From an uncultured delta proteobacterium (lineage in GTDB: Bacteria; Myxococcota_A; Polyangia; Fen-1088), in assembly GCA_963796685.1 (NCBI GenBank), contig CAWCMR010000008.1:160001-224000 (forward strand): a DNA stretch of 64,000 nt, given 5' to 3'. The first letter of the stretch is position 1, and each line of letters opens with the position of its first letter. Position numbers and translations under genes: made by a program. The notes below the pieces were generated by a model. That model was not told where the DNA came from and made no database searches. It worked only from the letters and a program-made list of their open reading frames with translations. This document shows positions 12,146-21,709 of the stretch, piece by piece.

Positions 12146-12416
12146 CGGGCGGAGCTTAGCGCACGGACTTGCCCGCGCCAGACCACTCGCGGACGGTGGT
12201 GGGATCGTCGCTGAGAGTGGTCCGGCGCGCTCAAGCTGCGGCGACCACGGCCGTCGATTGCCGTGATTGCCGTTCGCATCCGTTGGGCCCTCTCGAGTCG
12301 CCGAGCGCGATGCATTCCTCGCGCGCTTCGAGGGACACGATCTGTGCCTGCGATCTCCGGTGCGACGCGCGAGCCGGCTTGCGCGGCAATCCGACTGCGA
12401 CACCCATCTCTCCCCC

Positions 12417-13886
12417 TCAGCGAGCGCGGGTGAAGTCGAGGAAGCCGCGCTCGAAGTCCGTCGACACGAGGGTCGCGCGAATCTTGTCACCCACGTGCAG
12501 TCCGTGCGTGCCCTGCACCAGCCGCCCCTCGGCCGGCGGATCGAGGATACGCACCCAGGTACCCTTCTCGGCCGCGCCGGTGATGAGCCCATCGAAAGAT
12601 TCGCCCACGCGCCTTTCCAGCAGGAGCACGGCCGCCGATTTGCGCACCTGCCGCTCGGCCTTGGCGATGTTGCCTTCCTGGACCGTGCAACGCCCGGCGA
12701 TCAGGGTCAATTCCGCGATGCCATAGGGCGAGGGGTGATCGGCCAGCGAGGCCTTGAGCAGGCGCTGGGTGACGAGATCCGCGAACCGTCGGTTGGGCGC
12801 GGTGGCATGAGTATAGTCTCTGATCGAAAGACCGAAGTGGCCGGCCCGCGAATCACCCGGACGCTCGGCCACGTATTCGCCCCGGCCCATCAGCTTGACG
12901 ACGGCCAGAGACAGATCGGGAAATCGCAAAGGATCCGCCGCCCGTCGTTTCGCCAGAAAGGCCTCGAGCGCGCGCGCCGAAGGCTGCCCGGGCAGCGACT
13001 CGCCGAGCTTGGCGGCCAAGTCGACGATCCGCGTCCACCGCTCGGGCGAGCGAACCACCCTGCGCAACGCGGGCCGCCCCTTGGCTTCCAGAAAACGCAC
13101 CGCCACGCCGTTGCTGGCGATCATGAATTCCTCGATCAACTCCTTGGCCCGATTCGTTCTCTCGGCGCGCATGCCGACCACGGCATCGTCCTTGAACACG
13201 GGGCGCGCCTCCAGCGAAGCAAAATCGAGCGCGCCTATCCGGTGGCGCGATTCGCGCAACCGCCCCGCGACCGCGTCTTGAAGGCGAAGCTGGGCATCCA
13301 TGCCCGCCACCGATGCCGCCCCTTCCGGCAACGGCCCCTCCCCGTCGAGCCATGCAGCGACCGCGTCGTACGTCAGCTTGGCGTGGTTGCGCACCACCGC
13401 CCGGCTGATCTCGCTCTCGGCCAGGCTGCCCTCGGCGCGCACGACGTATTCGACGACGAGGCTGAGGCGATCCACGCCTTGACCGAGCGACGTGAGATCC
13501 GTGGACAACCGTTCGGGCAGCATGGGATAGACGTGCCCGGCCGCATAGACGGACGCCGTATTGTGAGCCGCATGTCCATCCAGGGGCGTGCCCTTGCCGA
13601 CCAGGGTGTCGACGTCCGCGATGGCGATGAAGACCCTGACCGAGCCGTCGCCCAAATCGAGAGCGGCCGAAAGCTGGTCCAGATCCTTGGACTCGTCATT
13701 GTCGATCGAGCACCAGGGCAGTCCGCGTAGATCGCGAATATCGCCCCCGCCCTCCTCGGACGGCCCGCGAATAGCGTCGAGCTGTTCCAGCGCGGAAGCA
13801 TCGAAGTCGCCGAGAAGGCCGCGCTCCCGTAGCGCCCGCTGCGCCACCCGCTGCAGATCGTCCCTATGATGCGCGAGCGAAGTCAT
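12417..13886 (-). CDS. RNB-domain exoribonuclease (RNase II/R family)
   Basis: SIDNDESKDLDQ catalytic motif, HFGL..YTHATAPNRRFADL, and a C-terminal S1-like domain. Confidence 0.92.
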   Translation of the reverse strand: MTSLAHHRDDLQRVAQRALRERGLLGDFDASALEQLDAIRGPSEEGGGDIRDLRGLPWCSIDNDESKDLDQLSAALDLGDGSVRVFIAIADVDTLVGKGTPLDGHAAHNTASVYAAGHVYPMLPERLSTDLTSLGQGVDRLSLVVEYVVRAEGSLAESEISRAVVRNHAKLTYDAVAAWLDGEGPLPEGAASVAGMDAQLRLQDAVAGRLRESRHRIGALDFASLEARPVFKDDAVVGMRAERTNRAKELIEEFMIASNGVAVRFLEAKGRPALRRVVRSPERWTRIVDLAAKLGESLPGQPSARALEAFLAKRRAADPLRFPDLSLAVVKLMGRGEYVAERPGDSRAGHFGLSIRDYTHATAPNRRFADLVTQRLLKASLADHPSPYGIAELTLIAGRCTVQEGNIAKAERQVRKSAAVLLLERRVGESFDGLITGAAEKGTWVRILDPPAEGRLVQGTHGLHVGDKIRATLVSTDFERGFLDFTRAR

Positions 13887-13921
13887 CTCCCAGTGTCCTC
13901 CTCGCCGGCCGCCGCGCACCC

Positions 13922-14640
13922 CTACCGCTTCGCGGCCTCGACGGGTTGAGGCGCAGGGGCAGAGCCGGGAGGCGCAGCCGCAGCCTGTTGCTGAAGATGC
14001 TGGTTGGCCGTGATTTCGATCTGCACGCGACGGTTCTGCGCACGCCCGGCCTCGGTGGTGTTGGGGGCCACCGGCTTGTCGTCGGCCAAGCCTTGCGCGG
14101 TCAAACGGAGATCGAATCCACGCCCTGGGATTCCAAGAGAGCGATGACCGCGTTGGCGCGCGCCAGAGAGAGCTTCTTGTTGAGCGCCTTCTTGCCCTTG
14201 TTGTCGGTGTGGCCCTCGACCACGAGGTCGGTGTCCTTGTACTCCTTGAGGACCTTGGCGAAATTGGTCAAATCCGTCTTCGACGCAGGCTTGAGCTTGG
14301 ATTTTCCGGTGTCGAAGAGAATGGCCGAGTTGAACTTCACCACCAGCTTGTCGCCCTGGCGTTCTACGTTGGCGCCTTTGACTTCCTTGAGGGCCTTCTC
14401 TTGCTTGTCCATGTAGTTGCCGATGAGGGCGCCCGCGCCCGCACCCGCCGCGGCGCCGACCGCGCCGCCAATGAGCGCGCCCTTGCCACCACCCGCCAGC
14501 GCGCCGATGCCGGCGCCAGCCAGCCCACCAGCTCCAGCCCCCACCAGGGCCCCCGACTGAGCCTTCGTTGCGCAGGCCGTTGCGAGATACGCGAAGGCTG
14601 CAACAGCAGCGCCGAGTCTTGTTAGCTTCCAGGAGTTCAT
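13922..14640 (-). CDS. OmpA-family lipoprotein with glycine zipper (frameshift at about 14114)
   Basis: LATAC lipobox, glycine zipper, EGHTD..G...N.KLS..RA and GRAQNRRV motifs split over two frames. Confidence 0.9.
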
Positions 14641-14917
14641 GATGTAGGTCCTCTGTGGGTGCTTCATGGCCGCTGCATCTATTAACCCAAAGCCAAAACT
14701 TTGCAATTGCTGTTGTGCCCTCGTCACGGCGTGAGCCAGCGGCACATGCGCGACGTGGCACGCGGATTCCGCATTTTCTCGGCTATAACACCGCAAGGGT
14801 TCCTCCCAGGGCTTGGGCGAGCACAGCCGGGCAAAGGCGCCTGTACTCACGCACACAGTTTGGGTACGCTCCAGCTGGATTTCGCCACTCCCTCGCAAGA
14901 CGAGGGGGCATCCCGGT

Positions 14918-14933
14918 CGGCACGGCGAATGCT
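14918..14933 (+). promoter_or_regulatory. Candidate sigma-54 promoter
   Basis: CGGCACGGCGAATGCT (GG-N10-GC), 30 nt upstream of ATG 14963. Confidence 0.4.
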
Positions 14934-14962
14934 ACGTCATGATTGAAACAAGAAGGTGTCGT

Positions 14963-15397
14963 ATGAAAACCAACCTCTCCTTCGTCTCATTGCTCTTGCT
15001 CGCTGCACTGGCACCAGCCTGTGCCACGACCGAGGGCGAAACCTGGGGCCAACCGCCACCGCAGGGCAACTGGGTGCTCTACGGGCGCGTCGAGAACGTG
15101 CGCGAAACTCTGCGCCACCAGCAGGGCGATCCAGCGGCCGGCGCGGTGGCAGGAGCGGTCATCGGTGGCTTGCTGGGGACCGCCCTGGGCGGCAGGGGCT
15201 TCGGGACCTTCGTCGGCGCCAGCGAAGGCGCGATGATCGGAGCCAGCTCCAGCCAGAGCGGCTACGTGGGCCGGACCTTGGAGGTCTTCGTTCGCTTCGA
15301 CGATGGCAGCCTGCGAACCTTCGTGTACCAGGACTATCTTCCCTTCCGCCCCGGCGACTACGTGGTGTGGACGCCGCAAGGATTGTCACGGCGTTGA
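14963..15397 (+). CDS. Glycine-zipper 2TM outer-membrane lipoprotein (SlyB-like)
   Basis: LAPAC lipobox, GAVAGAVIGGLLG..GAMIGA zipper, VRFDDG...F.PGD.V. Confidence 0.85.
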   Translation: MKTNLSFVSLLLLAALAPACATTEGETWGQPPPQGNWVLYGRVENVRETLRHQQGDPAAGAVAGAVIGGLLGTALGGRGFGTFVGASEGAMIGASSSQSGYVGRTLEVFVRFDDGSLRTFVYQDYLPFRPGDYVVWTPQGLSRR

Positions 15398-15407
15398 GAT
15401 GGAAACC

Positions 15408-15700
15408 CTGACCTGAAACCACCTCGCCCCGCGAAGCGGGGAGAGGTCGCCGAGCGCAGCGAAGCGGGTGAGGGGCTGTCACGTTTCACACCTGAAGGAT
15501 CCGGGCCTTCGGCCCGGCGGAGTTACTGGGAGGGTTCCCAAACCCTCGGCCCCACCCGCCACCCTCCTCCCCGCTCGCTGCGCTCGGCCTCGCGCGCTCT
15601 GGCGGAGGCGCGAGGGGCGCGTCCGAAGGACGCGAGGGGGAGGGCGTGGAGGTGTAGGTCCCGAAGCACCGACGAAGTCGCCGGGCAAAGCCCGGCTCCG
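15408..15700. repeat. REP-like element copy B plus an adjacent second palindromic module
   Basis: Copy B spans 15408-15540; hairpins such as gcgtccgaaggacgc and gccgggcaaagcccggc follow. Confidence 0.85.
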
Positions 15701-15708
15701 CCTACGCG

Positions 15709-15960
15709 CTAGAGCACCGAACGGGTTGAATGCTGTGCAGAATCGAGAGCTTGCGAGTGCTCGGAAAATTCACCTCGCCCCGCGAAGCGGGGAGAGGTCG
15801 ACGCGCGAAGCGCGTCGGGTGAGGGGTTCGGCCATGCGAGAGGGTGCGCTGGCCCCTCACCCTAACCCTCTCCCCGCTGCGCGGGGCGAGGGGATCGGAG
15901 GGGGCACGTGCGTAGCAACTTCTTGAATTCTCTGCACTTTCAACCCGTTCGGTGCTCTAG
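15709..15960. mobile_element. MITE-like element with perfect 22-bp TIRs enclosing two inverted REP units
   Basis: CTAGAGCACCGAACGGGTTGAA (15709-15730) and its exact reverse complement (15939-15960); REP units at about 15771-15826 and 15853-15893; no ORF. Confidence 0.8.
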
Positions 15961-17439
15961 GACTGCGTTGGATCGCGCGGGTCGCTGGCCAAGGCGCGAA
16001 GGTCCTCTTCCGCTGGCGCGAGCACGCGCGGCCGCTGCTCGATACCGTCGATCTCGCCGACGGTCTTCTCGCTGGCCGCGCCGAGCTCCTCCAGCTTTCG
16101 AATGGCGGGGCGAACGCGCCCGTCGAACGAAGCCACCGCCTTGTTGAAGTTCTCGGTCGCGCTCTTGATGGCCGAACCCACCTTGGCCCAGTGATCGACC
16201 ATGGTCGCCATGCGCGCGTGCAGCTCCTTGCCCTGCGCGCTGATGGCCTGCGCGTTTTCCGCCAACAGCTCTTGGCGCCAGCCGAAGTGCACGGCCTGCA
16301 GCAGCGCGATGAGGGTGGTGGGCGTCGCGATGAGGACCTTCTTGCCCACCCCCTCCTCGATGAGCGATGGCGATTCCTGCAAGGCCGCGCTGTACATGGC
16401 CTCGCTGGGCAGGAACATGACCACGAACTCGGGCGTGGCATCGAGCTCGGACCAGTAGCTCTTGGCCGACAGCTTGAGCACGTGGGCGCGAATCTGCGCC
16501 GCGTGCCGGCCCATGTGCGCCCGGCGCGCATCCTCGTCGCTGGCGTCGAGCGCGTCGAGATAGCCTTCGAGCGGCACCTTGGCGTCGACCACCACGTTGC
16601 GGCCCCCCGGCAGTCTCACGATCATGTCGGGCCGCAAGCGGCCGTCCTCCCCGACGAGCGTTTCTTGCTGGAAGAAGTCGCAGTGCTCGACCATGCCGGC
16701 GAGCTCGACCACGCGCGCCAGCTCGGATCTCGCCCCAGCGCCCGCGCACGGCCGGAGTGCGCAGCGCGCGCACCAGGTTCCCGGTCTCCGACGAAAGCTT
16801 GCTGTGCGTCTCGGACAGGTTGCGGACGAGCTCGGTCAGCCGACCGTAGGCCTGGCCGCGCTCGCGCTCGAGCTCTCGGATCTTGGTGTCCACGCGGTCG
16901 AGGGACTCCTTGACCGGCTTGAGCAGACCGTCGATGGCTGTCTGCCTTGCCGCCAAGGTGTCATCGGCCTCTTTTCGAGCTGCGGTCAGCTTTTGCGAGG
17001 CCAAGGTCAAGAAGCCCTCGTTGTTGGCAGCCAGTGCCTGCGCGGCCAGGGCACGAAAGGTGTCGCCCAATCTTTCTTCGGCGTGCTCCAGCAACGCCTT
17101 TTGCTCGTCGAGGTTGCGGCGCAGCTCCACCACCTGGGTTTCGGCCACCGCCCTCGCCTTCTGCGTTTCGCCCAGGTCTTGCTCCAGCCGGTGGCCCCGA
17201 TCTTCGGCCACTCCCAGCGAACGCCGCAGCTCTTCCGCCGTGGCTTGCGCCGCCCGCGCTGCTCCGTCGGCCGCGCGCAGCTTGGGTTCCACCTCGCGCA
17301 ACTGCGCCTCCAGCTCGCGCGGCCTGACCTCGCCGCGCGCCCGCTCCCGCGCCGCCGCCCACAGCCAACCGACGGCCAACCCCAACGCCAGCGCAACCAG
17401 CGCGGTCAGCGCAACGAGAACGGCTTCTCCTCCCGACAT
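15957..17439 (-). CDS. rmuC: DNA recombination protein RmuC (frameshift at about 16726)
   Basis: N-terminal TM and coiled coil, RGRWGE, RPDMIVRLPG..VVVDAKVP, TPEFVVMFLPSE, ATPTTLIALL. Confidence 0.92.
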
Positions 17440-17538
17440 CGCGCCGATACTATCCGAATGTTCAGGTGCGCCGCAAGTGGGGACGCCTCCCGAATCCTCC
17501 CGTGACACCATCACCGCGGTGGGGTGAGGTCGGGTCGC

Positions 17539-17837
17539 TCAGCGTCGGCGCGACCAATAGCCGGGCCGTCGTTTCTGGTGGGCGACCGCCACGATGACGA
17601 TTTCGCGGGCGTCGAAGCGGTAATGAATGGTGAAGGGAAGCGGCCGAGGATGCGTTTATGGGCACGCGGGCCACGAGGCCAGCGTCCCGGCGCCTCGGCG
17701 ATTTCTTCGACGGCGGCACGGAGGACACGCAGAAAATCGTCGCCACGACCAGCACGCTCCTCGTTATAGCGGTCAGCACTACCGAAAAGCTCGCTCTCTG
17801 CGGCGTGGAGAAACCGGACGCGGGGCTGGACTGGCAC
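17539..17837 (-). CDS. RelE/ParE-family toxin (1-nt deletion at about 17635)
   Basis: RF...AE.EL....RY; after the shift RFP[F]TIHYRF...IVIVAVAHQKRRPGYW; directly downstream of an antitoxin. Confidence 0.8.
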
Positions 17838-17849
17838 GCGTGGGCCAGC

Positions 17850-18086
17850 CTATCTCTCACCGAGGCGCTTGGCGATTTCGGCCTTCACATCGTCCCACTC
17901 GACGACCTCGGCGCGACCTTCGTCGAGCTCCTTCGCTCTGCGGGCCAGCTCGTCATCCCAGGCCTTGTCGATCAACGCTTGGTCGTGACCTTCTTCGAGG
18001 CTGCCCCACAGATCATTGGCGATCTGCTCGCGCTCGTGCGGTTCGAGCTCAAGCGCGGCATCGAGAATTTCTTTCGCGCACAGCAT
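17850..18086 (-). CDS. Addiction-module antitoxin (TIGR02574-like)
   Basis: AL.L...ER..IA..LW.SL.....AW..EL.RR..E...G......W..V pattern. Confidence 0.88.
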   Translation of the reverse strand: MLCAKEILDAALELEPHEREQIANDLWGSLEEGHDQALIDKAWDDELARRAKELDEGRAEVVEWDDVKAEIAKRLGER

Positions 18087-18174
18087 GGTCCTAGTTTACC
18101 ACGAGCCATCCACACGAATGAGAGGCAGCGGCGCCCGGCCTGCGCTGCTGTGTGCTTGAACACTCTGCCGCCCG

Positions 18175-20043
18175 TCAGTACGTGAGCCCGAATCCGTAGG
18201 GGAACAGCGGATCGTACTTGGCGTCGCCCTGGTTGATGGGGATCTGGCTCATCGAGCGTGGCCACGTGTGCGGCAGCTTGCCCGTCGGCTTGTAGTCGCC
18301 GAAGAGCACGTCCGACACGCCTTCACCCTCGGTGCCGGGCAACCAAGCCACCACCAAGGCGTCGGTCAGGGGCAGCCAGTCCTCGATGATGAGGGGGCGG
18401 CCGGTCAGAAGAACCGTCACCACCGGTTTGCCCGACTTGCGAGCCTCGGCGATGGCACCGCGGTCGGCGGAAGAGAGGGTCAGATCGTTGCTGTCCCCCG
18501 CCCCTTCGGCGTACGGGGTCTCGCCAACCACGACCAGGACCACATCGGCTTGCCCCGCGCTGGACGCGAGCGTGTGCGAAGCGACCGCTCTTTCGATGGC
18601 GCGCTGGATCGTCGTTCCCGGAGTCACGGGGCCAAGCCGGCCTTGCCAGCCCATGGTCCAACCTCCACATTGGGCGCCCATATCGTTGGCCTTGGACCCG
18701 GCCACCTCCACCTTGGCGTTCTTGCTCAAAGGCAACACCTTCTTGTCGTTCTTGAGCAGCACCACGCTCTGTCGAACCGCATCGCGGGCCACGGCCCGGT
18801 GCTCGGGCGAGCCGATTTGGGACGCGAGCCGCCGGTCCGCCATCGGATGCTCCCACAGCCCCGCCGCAGCCTTCACGCGCAAGATGCGGCGAACGGCATC
18901 GTCGATGCGCGACATGGGGATGCGGCCCGAGCTGACCAGCGACTTCACGGCGCGGGTGAACTTGTTGTATCCGCCCGCGGCCATGGCCATGTCGATGCCC
19001 GCGTTGATGGCGTTCTCCACGTTCTCCTTGTAGCTGGTGCTCATGGTGTCGATGCCTTCCCAGTCGGACACCACGAAGCCCTGGAAGCCCAGCTCGCCCT
19101 TGAGCACATCGGTGATGAGGTACTTCTGCCCGTGCATGCGCTGGCCGTTCCAGCTGCTGAACGAGGCCATCACGCTGCCCACGCCGGCCTTGACCGCCGC
19201 CGCGTAGCCGGGCAAATGGATCGCACGCAGCTCTTGCTCGGAGATCTTCGCATCTCCCTGATCCACACCCTTGCTGGTCCCGCCGTCGGCCACGAAGTGT
19301 TTGGCGCAAGCGATGACCGATTCGAGCCCGCCCAGCTTGTCACCCTGCAGGCCGCGTACGACCGCGGGAGCAAACATGCTCGCCAGCTCCGGGGTCTCGC
19401 CGAAGCCTTCGTAGGTTCGCCCCCAACGCTCGTCACGAGGCACGGCGATGCACGGGGCGAAGGTCCACTTGACGCCGGTGGCCGACACCTCCTCGGCGGT
19501 GACCTTGCCTGCCTTCTCGGCGATTTCCGCGTTGCGGGTGGCGCCGAACCCGATGTTGTGCGGGAAGACCGTGGCGCCTCGCAACTCACCATCGCCGTGC
19601 ACGGCATCGATGCCATACACCAGTGGAATTCCTAGGTGCGTTCCCAGCGCCTGCATCTGCAGACGATCGATGGTGTCGGCCCACGCCTCGGCGGTGTTGG
19701 GCTTCACGAGGTCGTCGGCCCCGTTGAGCACCGAGCCCAAGAAGTACTCGCGTACCTCCGCCCCTTGCAGGGCCGCGCGGGAGGCTTGGGTCATCTGCCC
19801 GACCTTCTCCGCCAGGCTCATTTGGGCCAGCAGAGCTTCGAGGTCGGGCGCGGGAAGGCCCGCCGCGCGGACGTTCGCGGGAACCAGCGGCGCGGTCGAA
19901 ACCGGACCCATGTTCTTCGTGCCCACGCAGCCCACGACGGCACTGATGGCACCGATGGCGCCGATGGCGCCGATGGCCAGAAGGATAGCCGGGGCGAGTC
20001 GGCGGTTCGTGGCTCGGAAGACGGATCGCGATGTGTTTGTCAT
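18175..20043 (-). CDS. GH3 beta-glucosidase / glucan exohydrolase (likely lipoprotein)
   Basis: EKVGQMTQ, GIDAVHG, RWGRTYE, AKHF, GFVVSDW nucleophile motif, PYAEG.GD. Confidence 0.95.
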   Translation of the reverse strand: MTNTSRSVFRATNRRLAPAILLAIGAIGAIGAISAVVGCVGTKNMGPVSTAPLVPANVRAAGLPAPDLEALLAQMSLAEKVGQMTQASRAALQGAEVREYFLGSVLNGADDLVKPNTAEAWADTIDRLQMQALGTHLGIPLVYGIDAVHGDGELRGATVFPHNIGFGATRNAEIAEKAGKVTAEEVSATGVKWTFAPCIAVPRDERWGRTYEGFGETPELASMFAPAVVRGLQGDKLGGLESVIACAKHFVADGGTSKGVDQGDAKISEQELRAIHLPGYAAAVKAGVGSVMASFSSWNGQRMHGQKYLITDVLKGELGFQGFVVSDWEGIDTMSTSYKENVENAINAGIDMAMAAGGYNKFTRAVKSLVSSGRIPMSRIDDAVRRILRVKAAAGLWEHPMADRRLASQIGSPEHRAVARDAVRQSVVLLKNDKKVLPLSKNAKVEVAGSKANDMGAQCGGWTMGWQGRLGPVTPGTTIQRAIERAVASHTLASSAGQADVVLVVVGETPYAEGAGDSNDLTLSSADRGAIAEARKSGKPVVTVLLTGRPLIIEDWLPLTDALVVAWLPGTEGEGVSDVLFGDYKPTGKLPHTWPRSMSQIPINQGDAKYDPLFPYGFGLTY

Positions 20044-20166
20044 GTTGTTGCCTGTATCGAGCGCGAGATACTAAGGGAAACAGCCCGCGAGGGGTAGTTG
20101 GGAACGGACAAGGGAGAATTCCAGGAGTTGTCGGCGGGGCCTGCGCGCGCTAGGACTCGTACGCCT

Positions 20167-21048
20167 ATGAAAATCACGAATCTCCTCGCTTCGGGCAAAC
20201 GCCTGTTCTCGTTCGAATTCTTCCCGCCCAAGACCGAGGTCGGGGCTGCCAATCTCGCGCGCACCATCCACGATCTGAAGGACCTGTCCCCGGACTTCGT
20301 GTCCGTCACCTACGGTGCGGGGGGCTCGACACGTGAACGCACCGTCGAGCTGGTCACGCGCATACAGCGCGAAGAGGGCATGCGCGCCATGGCCCACTTG
20401 ACCGCCGTATCGGCGTCGCGCGAGCAGATCGCGCGGATCGTCGATCGTCTGGTCGAAGGCGGCATCGAGAACATGATCCCCCTGCGCGGGGATCCGCCGG
20501 CCGATGCCAAGGACTTCGTTCAGCCCGCGGACGGCTTCCTGCACGCTTCCGACATGGTGGCGTTCATCCGGCAGCGCCACGGAAACCGGCTGTGCCTGGC
20601 CGGGGCGGGCTATCCCGAAGGCCACCCGCAGTGCCGCGACCTCGACCGCGACATGGAGAACCTTCTGACCAAGGTGCGGGCCGGCATCGACTTCATCATC
20701 ACGCAGCTCTTTTTCGACAACCGCTACTATTTCAACTTCGTCGAGCGCGCGCGCAAGGCCGGCATCACCATCCCCATCATCCCCGGCATCATGCCCATCA
20801 CGGATGCCCCCCAAATCGATCGCATCACGCGCATGTGCGGCGCCACCGTGCCCCCGCTGCTGCGTGCCGAGCTGGATCGGCGGCGCGACGACCCGGCGGC
20901 CACCATGCAGCTCGGCCTGGCCCAAGCCACCGCCCAGTGCATCGGCCTGCTCGCCGGTGGCGCGCCCGGAATTCACTTTTACACGCTCAACCAGTCGCCC
21001 GCGACACGCATGGTCCTCACGGCCCTCCGCATCGCGAGCTTCGGGTAG
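20167..21048 (+). CDS. metF: 5,10-methylenetetrahydrofolate reductase
   Basis: SFEFFPPK, FVSVTYGAGG, LRGDPP, GYPEGH, ITQLFFD, GIHFYTLN. Confidence 0.96.
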   Translation: MKITNLLASGKRLFSFEFFPPKTEVGAANLARTIHDLKDLSPDFVSVTYGAGGSTRERTVELVTRIQREEGMRAMAHLTAVSASREQIARIVDRLVEGGIENMIPLRGDPPADAKDFVQPADGFLHASDMVAFIRQRHGNRLCLAGAGYPEGHPQCRDLDRDMENLLTKVRAGIDFIITQLFFDNRYYFNFVERARKAGITIPIIPGIMPITDAPQIDRITRMCGATVPPLLRAELDRRRDDPAATMQLGLAQATAQCIGLLAGGAPGIHFYTLNQSPATRMVLTALRIASFG

Positions 21049-21061
21049 CCGGCTCGACGGC

Positions 21062-21523
21062 CTACTTGGGCGTCAGCTCCTCCTCGACGATACGCTTGAC
21101 CATGGCCGGGTCGAACTTTCCCTTGTGGGCCTTCATGATGTCCCCCATGACCTTGCCGGCCTGCTTGGCATCGGTGACGGCCATGCGAGCAATGGTTTCC
21201 TTGGCCACCGCGCGCACCTCGTCCTCCCCGGCCATCTTGGGCAGAAAACGGCCGCACAGCTCGATCTCGAAATCGAGCTGCGGAAGGTTCTCCGCCCCGC
21301 GCGGCCCGAGCCCCGCATACTCCTCGCGCGCCTTGCGCAGCTGCTTCTGGTAGGCCGTGATCACATCGAGCCAAAGCGCGTCGTCGAGCTCGCCCTTGAA
21401 TCCTGCCGCTGTCCGGCGCTCCATGTGCTTGGTCTTGATCATCCGAACGCAGTCCGCGGTGCGGGCGTCCTTGTTGCGCATGGCCTCCTTGAGCAGTTCC
21501 TGAAGCTGGCTTTCGATCAACAT
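21062..21523 (-). CDS. GatB/YqeY-domain protein
   Basis: LKEAMR.KD...E......FLP......E...GKVMG..M....GKFD. Confidence 0.9.
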   Translation of the reverse strand: MLIESQLQELLKEAMRNKDARTADCVRMIKTKHMERRTAAGFKGELDDALWLDVITAYQKQLRKAREEYAGLGPRGAENLPQLDFEIELCGRFLPKMAGEDEVRAVAKETIARMAVTDAKQAGKVMGDIMKAHKGKFDPAMVKRIVEEELTPK

Positions 21524-21654
21524 GGTCCTAAGCTCGCACAGCGAGGGTGGACCCGTGAAGCATATTCACACCCGGGTCACGTGTTTGCGCCACATCCATC
21601 TCCATGGACCAAGGCAAACACTAGCAAAATCCAAGGGTTGAGCATGTCTGGTGT

Positions 21655-21670
21655 TGGCTCCGGTCTTGCT
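21655..21670 (+). promoter_or_regulatory. Candidate sigma-54 promoter
   Basis: TGGCTCCGGTCTTGCT (GG-N10-GC), 40 nt upstream of ATG 21710. Confidence 0.4.
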
Positions 21671-21709
21671 TTTGGTCCGATAGAGCACAACCGCCAGCAA
21701 GGCCTCCCA

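Noticed and set aside
15408-15960. CRISPR array or integron attC array
   Set aside because: No regularly spaced direct repeats with unique spacers, no cas or intI genes, and no cassette organisation.
19946-19979. 9-bp tandem repeat (GATGGCGCC-like)
   Set aside because: In-frame AIG repeats within the GH3 signal peptide; not a phase-variation tract.
20044-20166. SAM/SAH riboswitch upstream of metF
   Set aside because: No recognisable aptamer consensus in this short divergent spacer.
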